Assembly: GCA_051313645.2 (NCBI GenBank) | Contig: JBNRSN020000075.1 | Coordinates: 744,001-808,000 of the forward strand | DNA: 64,000 bases | Direction: 5' to 3' | DNA from: Centroscyllium fabricii | Lineage: Eukaryota | Shown: positions 58,829 to 64,000 of the stretch, piece by piece | Layout: every line of letters begins with the position of its first letter | Position numbering within the stretch: position 1 is the first letter of the stretch | The notes under the pieces: model-generated | Seen by the model: only the letters and a program-made list of their open reading frames with translations | Database searches by the model: none | Told to the model about the DNA's origin: nothing | Program-made: the position numbers and the translations under genes

Positions 58829-61139
58829 TTCAAATTTTCTTAGTTAATAAAATTGACGTATCGTCAATTCTCTTAGTAAAAGACTTCGACGAGTAGTGAC
58901 CTTAAACTACAGGCTTTTATTAACTAACTTTGGAGCTACACTCCGAACGAACATCCAGAACAGAATGAGGGAGCCCGGTCAGTCCTCACCTATAAAGGGC
59001 CTCACCTGGGGGAGGAGTTAGAGGTGTGGCTGACCTGGCTCCACGACAGTGTTGCAAACAGTGTAACATATACAGCCAATATTGGCGACAATATTACCGT
59101 GGTAAAGCTATGTACAATACGGTTACTACACGATACGTCAAGGACAAAAACTTTGAGCTGAAGGGTGAGGGAAGAAGTCAAACTGACAGGCGCCGCTCCA
59201 GCAATATTTGGACCATTTTAATCAATCATGTGAGAGGAAGTGATTAGCTAATAGGGAAATGGCACAGAGCCTTTTAGCTGGGAGTTATGAACTGTGAATT
59301 TGAAAACCTGTCCGAAAATAATTTTGGAGACTGTGGCTATTCAGAACTACAAGCAAACTGAGTTCAAGGGTTATTGCACTGGATGTCATGCTGAGGGAGT
59401 TCTTTAATCAAGAATATCCAAATCTCCTGCAGACAGGCCAGGCGATCATTAAGTATATAAATCAGTGGGTCATTTGTGCCTTCCTGATTGCAAAGATTGA
59501 AGTTTTTATTTTTATGCTTTCTGCACTGTGACCAGCAGACTGTGAATGTTGATCGAAAATTCAACCAACCTAAAACATGAATACGGCTTGAAAAATTAAT
59601 GGGCATGCTTTTTTCTGTGTTTTTTTTGTTTCCCAAAGGTTGTGCTGTTGGTTTTAGTTTACTGACATTTTGTCAGCTGCTCCTGGCATGAAAAACTCAG
59701 TTTGACAGTGCTATCCATTTGAAATATCTGTATACTGCACGGTGCAATTGAGCATAAACAGACTTTGGTGTTTAGGAAGAACCACCATTTTGTTAATTTC
59801 CTAAAGTTTACAATGTATTCTGTTGTGGGCATTTTTGGAATAAGTACAACTCTGTGTGAAATGCTGCCTGCTGTGAAGAAAAGCCATTTATTTTAACGTG
59901 TCTTTATACCAGGCCCCAAGCTACAGTTATAGAAAGCCTGTAATCTATCATTCAGTTCAATTTTTTAGGTTAGAATGTTATATCTTTGAAGCTTTAAAAG
60001 TGAGGAGGGAAGGGTATGCTGCCTGGCCTCACTTGCTCCTCTGAGATCTGAGGTTATATCCTTCGATTGGTACCTTCAGTAATGGGCAGTCCCTCAGTAT
60101 GTTCAGTGTTTTGCAATGGGACCAGATCTCTGGGCAGCAAAGGGTGCAGTAGTATATTGTGTAATGGTTCTCTCCATCTGCTCCTCCACCACGTTGAACC
60201 TGGAGAAGAGAGGCTCTTGGAAATTGGAGCCCAATGCTTCTACAACAGCAGTCTGAGCAGTCGTGAGAGATTGTCCCACTGCACAAAGAGATTCTTGGCA
60301 CTGGGGACTCTGCTACAGATCTCCCTGGAGTTACCACATCCTCCACGGTGGGATATCGTTTCGTCGAAACTTTACAAGGTCAGTGAGGGCACGGCCAAAG
60401 GTGGGACCCTACCTATGGTGGGACCTCCTGTTCCTCAGCCTCATGGGGACCCAGCATAAGGTTGGAGGCTGCTACGCTGAGGGAGAAGAGGCATACTAGA
60501 CTCCTGAAGGGTGGAGGTGAGCCCCACGAGGAGTTGGGTCTGGGCCAGGATTGTAAATGAATTGTAACTGTGGCCCCCTTACTAGGGGAGTCACTGGGAG
60601 GCAAGGATGGAGCCCTGATTATAGTATAGGTGAGCATGCAGGCACACGACAAGAAGATATTAGGGGTGATGTAGTGTCTATGATGTGCTAGGTAGGAGTA
60701 TAACCATGAGAGACCAGTGCCATGTAAGTGGACATTGGAGGAAAAGTATTTAAGGAGATTGGATTGTCTCGTGTCAAAAGCAACTGAAAGATTGAGGAGG
60801 GCCTATAAGCTATAGTTGCAGTCAAATTAAAGAGACACTTATGTCCTTTATGTCCTCTTAGACTGAAAGAATAACTTTGTTGTTGAAACTGTCTTTTGCA
60901 TTTCTTGAGGGCAAACATTCTGCTTTTGTATACACCTGGGTAATTAATCCATGCCAGAAAGAAACATGGTAAATGGAAACATTTCCACTGCTGATAACTG
61001 ACTGACTTGCATTGCGAGATAGTCCACTAATCCCCTGCATCTCTTTCTATTTCCTCACACAAAATTGCTGAATATTTTGAGACTACATCGAGAGATGCAA
61101 GCCTTTCTGTCCATCGTGTTGATTACAATGGTTTAGACA

Positions 61140-61449
61140 GATAAGTGCCGGCCACGATCCGTCAACCCAGCAATCATCTTGAATGCCGGGCTCTTTTGGT
61201 GGCACCCCGCTCCCCGGTGGCCAGCAGGGCCCTGGTGCGCACTACGCTAGGCCTCTCTCCTATAATCAGGGGAGGGTTGCCTGCAGTACCATGGCACTGA
61301 TGCACGCAGCGCCGCAATATTTAATGGGAGCGCACCAAGAGGGAGGGTGAACATTTCCAGTAGCGCCCTGCCTCCTGCTGGGGGCGCCAACATTCAATTT
61401 CCGGCGCTGGCGCACTAAATATTTTGGGGCGTGAGGCAATTTTCCCCCC
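61140..61449. mobile_element. Terminal fragment of a Harbinger-like element
   Basis: GC-rich block ending GCAATTTTCCCCCC with flank ATT. Left boundary uncertain. Confidence 0.45.
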
Positions 61450-61503
61450 ATTATCCTTAGCAGTATGTTCTGGTTTAGGCTTATTGGCAAAAATACAAAC
61501 AAT

Positions 61504-63600
61504 GGGGGAGAAATTCGGTATTGCCCCATTTGGGGCGCAATTATCAGCCGGGCCCAAAGTTTAGCGTCTGGCACAATTATCGCCCCAACTGCAAACTTGT
61601 CTTTTATCACCCCTGGCGGTGATTGGAGAGCTAAATCAGGTGCGACACACCTGTGTTAAGGCGCAAAGTCCGAGGAGCGAGCGCTAACTCGGAATGCAGG
61701 CGAAGCTCATGTGATGTCAGTTAGCAATGGAACATAGACACATTGGCGCCGGCCAGTTCATAAAGGGGAGGGTTGATCTTGCTCTCTTGCCATACCCTGC
61801 TCATTGCAGCCTTGAATCTCGGCCTGGACAGATGTCAACCTGAAAACTACTGCAAAGAACAATGGCGAGGCCCAGGGAACGGGCACAGCGCTTCAGCAAC
61901 CGGGCCTTGGTGGTTCTGGTTGGTGCAGTGGAGTGCCGAAGAGCAATACTGTGCCCAGAGAGTGGCAGGAGGCCATTGCTCCGTGACTATAGAAGAGTGT
62001 GGAGCAATATGGTACCCAGAACCCATACACAATGTCAGAAAAAGTTCTACAACTTCACTTGGGTGGTCAGGGTGAGTGGCTGCTTTTCAATACCTCTCCA
62101 TCCCTCCATTTCAGCCTCACTCTATGGCCAGAAGGTATAAAAATCCCAAATGCCCAACACTCATCCAAGACCCATGGCCATCTCATAAAACACACACGCA
62201 CATTCCACACCTTGCAACTATTCAACTATGGGAGGTACATCAGGCGCTCATGGCTACATATTTACTCAGACATTGTCCTTTTTCTTGCAGGCCAAGCTAT
62301 CTCACAACAGCCGGCAGCAGCAACGGACGGGTGGAGGGCTGCCTCAGCTGCAAACCCTCAGAGATCTGGAGGCGCGCATCCACAGGACCATCGCAAGCCA
62401 GGTGATCGGTCCCGTCGCCCCTGGAGAGGTTGACCCCCTTCGGGACAGCAATGATTAGGCCATCGGCTTTCTCTCCACTCTCATTCCACTTGTCCCTTAC
62501 AACTCCAGCCTTTGACACTTTCAATCCAACATACTAAATCGCTCCAGTCCTTGCTCCCTTACTGGCCCCCTGTCCTCACGCTAAAGCCACTCTTGTACCT
62601 CCATGCTTTCAGAAGGTGAATAACCAGCTGAGGAGATGGGCCCTCAAACAGCCAGTGGGAGCAATGCCGCAGGCGAGGAGGAAGAGGAAACCGGAGCCTC
62701 AGCACCAGCATCTCCCGAGGGAGCCCGTGCCCACACTGGGACCATGTCTTCCCTGGAGGGGAGCAGGGGGGAATAGTCTGATGAGGTCGAAGCTCCAGGA
62801 GCCAGCGGGCTGCAGCAACGCGATGTGGCTAGGGAAGCTCGGGGACTTCTCCCCAGAGGGAGAGTAGGCCAGCGAGTTCTGCTGCACTGGACGCAGAGGA
62901 GGAGCAGCTCATCGCTGAAATGAACACCCAGGCGGTGGATATGCACACAGAGCTCACGGGTGCAATAGGAAGGGTGCCCGAAAGCATTGATGGACTGGCA
63001 AGGACTGTGGACCACTCTGCTGCAGCACAGGCTGACGCAACACAACTGCTTAGTGCTGCAATTCAGTCATTGGCTGGTGCCATCCATTCACAGGCTGTGC
63101 TCATGCAGTCTCAGATTGAGGCCACACAAGCACTGACTGCTGCCATCATCGCTGGTTCGGCCACATTGCCCCGGGGCTCTCACCGTGCCACAGCAGGCCA
63201 GCAATCTGTGCTCGAGCAGATTGCTCTGGATGTTTGAGTGCTGCCCCGTGGGAGTGCCAGTCTGTCGGTCGAGCAGGAAGGTGCTGTGCTCTCACCTCCT
63301 GTAACCCAGCCAGTCCAGACTGCTACCGCCCATGCAGAGTTGGTGCAGTCTGCAGCCGCGGTCTCCAGGCCCAGAGCTGGTCAAGGGCATCCTTCAAGGG
63401 CATCTGTAATCACAGCATCTGACGTTCAGCAGCCTTCCACCAGCCTTGCTGCAGCCACTGGGGCCCCATTACAGAGGAGCAGTAGGGTGGGAAAGGGGGA
63501 AGTGCGCAAGGAGTGGAGATCACCCTTGAAGGGTTAAAAAGTAGGAGGTCTCAATAAATGTTGGAAATGTTTTTCTTAAAGGACGAGGTTCGTCTAATAA
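61504..63600 (+). mobile_element. Harbinger-like element with a degenerate spliced Myb/SANT gene (exons about 61862-62071, 62291-62455, 62613-63537)
   Basis: Left terminus AAT|GGGGGAGAAATT. Exon 1 MARPRERAQRFS..RTHTQCQKKFYNF ends at GTGAGT. Exon 2 follows CAG and reads AKLSHNSRQQQRTGGG. AATAAA at 63554. Confidence 0.75.
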
Positions 63601-63610
63601 CCTTTGTTTT

Positions 63611-64000
63611 GTAGTGCATGCAGTCCTGAAGAACCACGCTAGACACAGTGAAATCGGATAACACTTATTTAATAGTTAACACTGCAAGGGCCAGGTAGCG
63701 AAGAGACTGAGCCACCTGGAACAGGCATATTTAAAGGGCCCGCGGTTGGTGACGTCACTGCCGGAAGTCCCGGTGACGTCATCACGCTGGAAGTCGCGGT
63801 GACGTCATCACGCCGCCCGGCGGGCGGGGCCGTGTCCCGCAGTACTCCCGAGGCGGATTCGTTGGTCTTGGTGGGCGTGTCGCCACACAGCTCCCCCCCA
63901 GAATCTGTGAGGGAGAATAAAGATAAAAATAAAAAAAGGGAGAATAAAGTAAAAATAAAAAAATGGAGCATGAAAGGTGAGTCTCAGGTGAGGCGTTGAG
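63611..64000. mobile_element. Possible start of another LTR-like or repeat element, truncated by the window end
   Basis: Abrupt start TGTAGTG and a GC-rich block with three GTGACGTCA motifs. No second end is visible. Confidence 0.3.

Larger units (their letters stand above)
47990..59130 (-). mobile_element. Gypsy A3 (relative of A1), antisense, nested in the A2 3' LTR
   Basis: 5' LTR 58854-59130. 3' LTR 47990-48157 plus 53844-53952. TSD C(A/G)ATA at 47985-47989 and 59131-59135. PPT (reverse complement) at 53953-53965. Confidence 0.93.
43138..59140 (+). mobile_element. Gypsy A2 (relative of A1); its 3' LTR is split 5 bp from the end by A3
   Basis: 5' LTR 43138-43407. 3' LTR 47724-47989 plus 59136-59140. 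TSD AGGAC at 43133-43137 and 59141-59145. Confidence 0.93.

Overview
Eukaryotic, transposon-saturated DNA. It is probably from a cartilaginous fish, inferred from a V-SINE/HE1-type tRNA SINE, CR1 tails with (AAACATAG)n and Penelope-type termini. I found no recognisable host gene. The window holds seven full-length Gypsy LTR retrotransposons: three related short-leader elements (A1 8649-13502, A2 43138-59140, A3 47990-59130), three Mag-like elements and one sushi-type chromovirus. It also holds four solo LTRs, several CR1 LINE fragments, PIF/Harbinger-like elements with spliced Myb/SANT genes, a Tigger-like MITE and an inverted Penelope insertion with two hammerhead ribozymes. Many insertions are nested, and most LTR boundaries are fixed by target-site duplications (TSDs). 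The most notable observation is that the three A-family elements have no tRNA primer-binding site (PBS). The PBS position is instead a 13-15 nt perfect complement of each element's own LTR poly(A)-signal segment and co-varies with it. This suggests a self-priming and/or poly(A)-occlusion mechanism different from the Tf1/sushi type, which also occurs in this window. Coordinates were read by eye and may be off by a few bases where no TSD fixes them.
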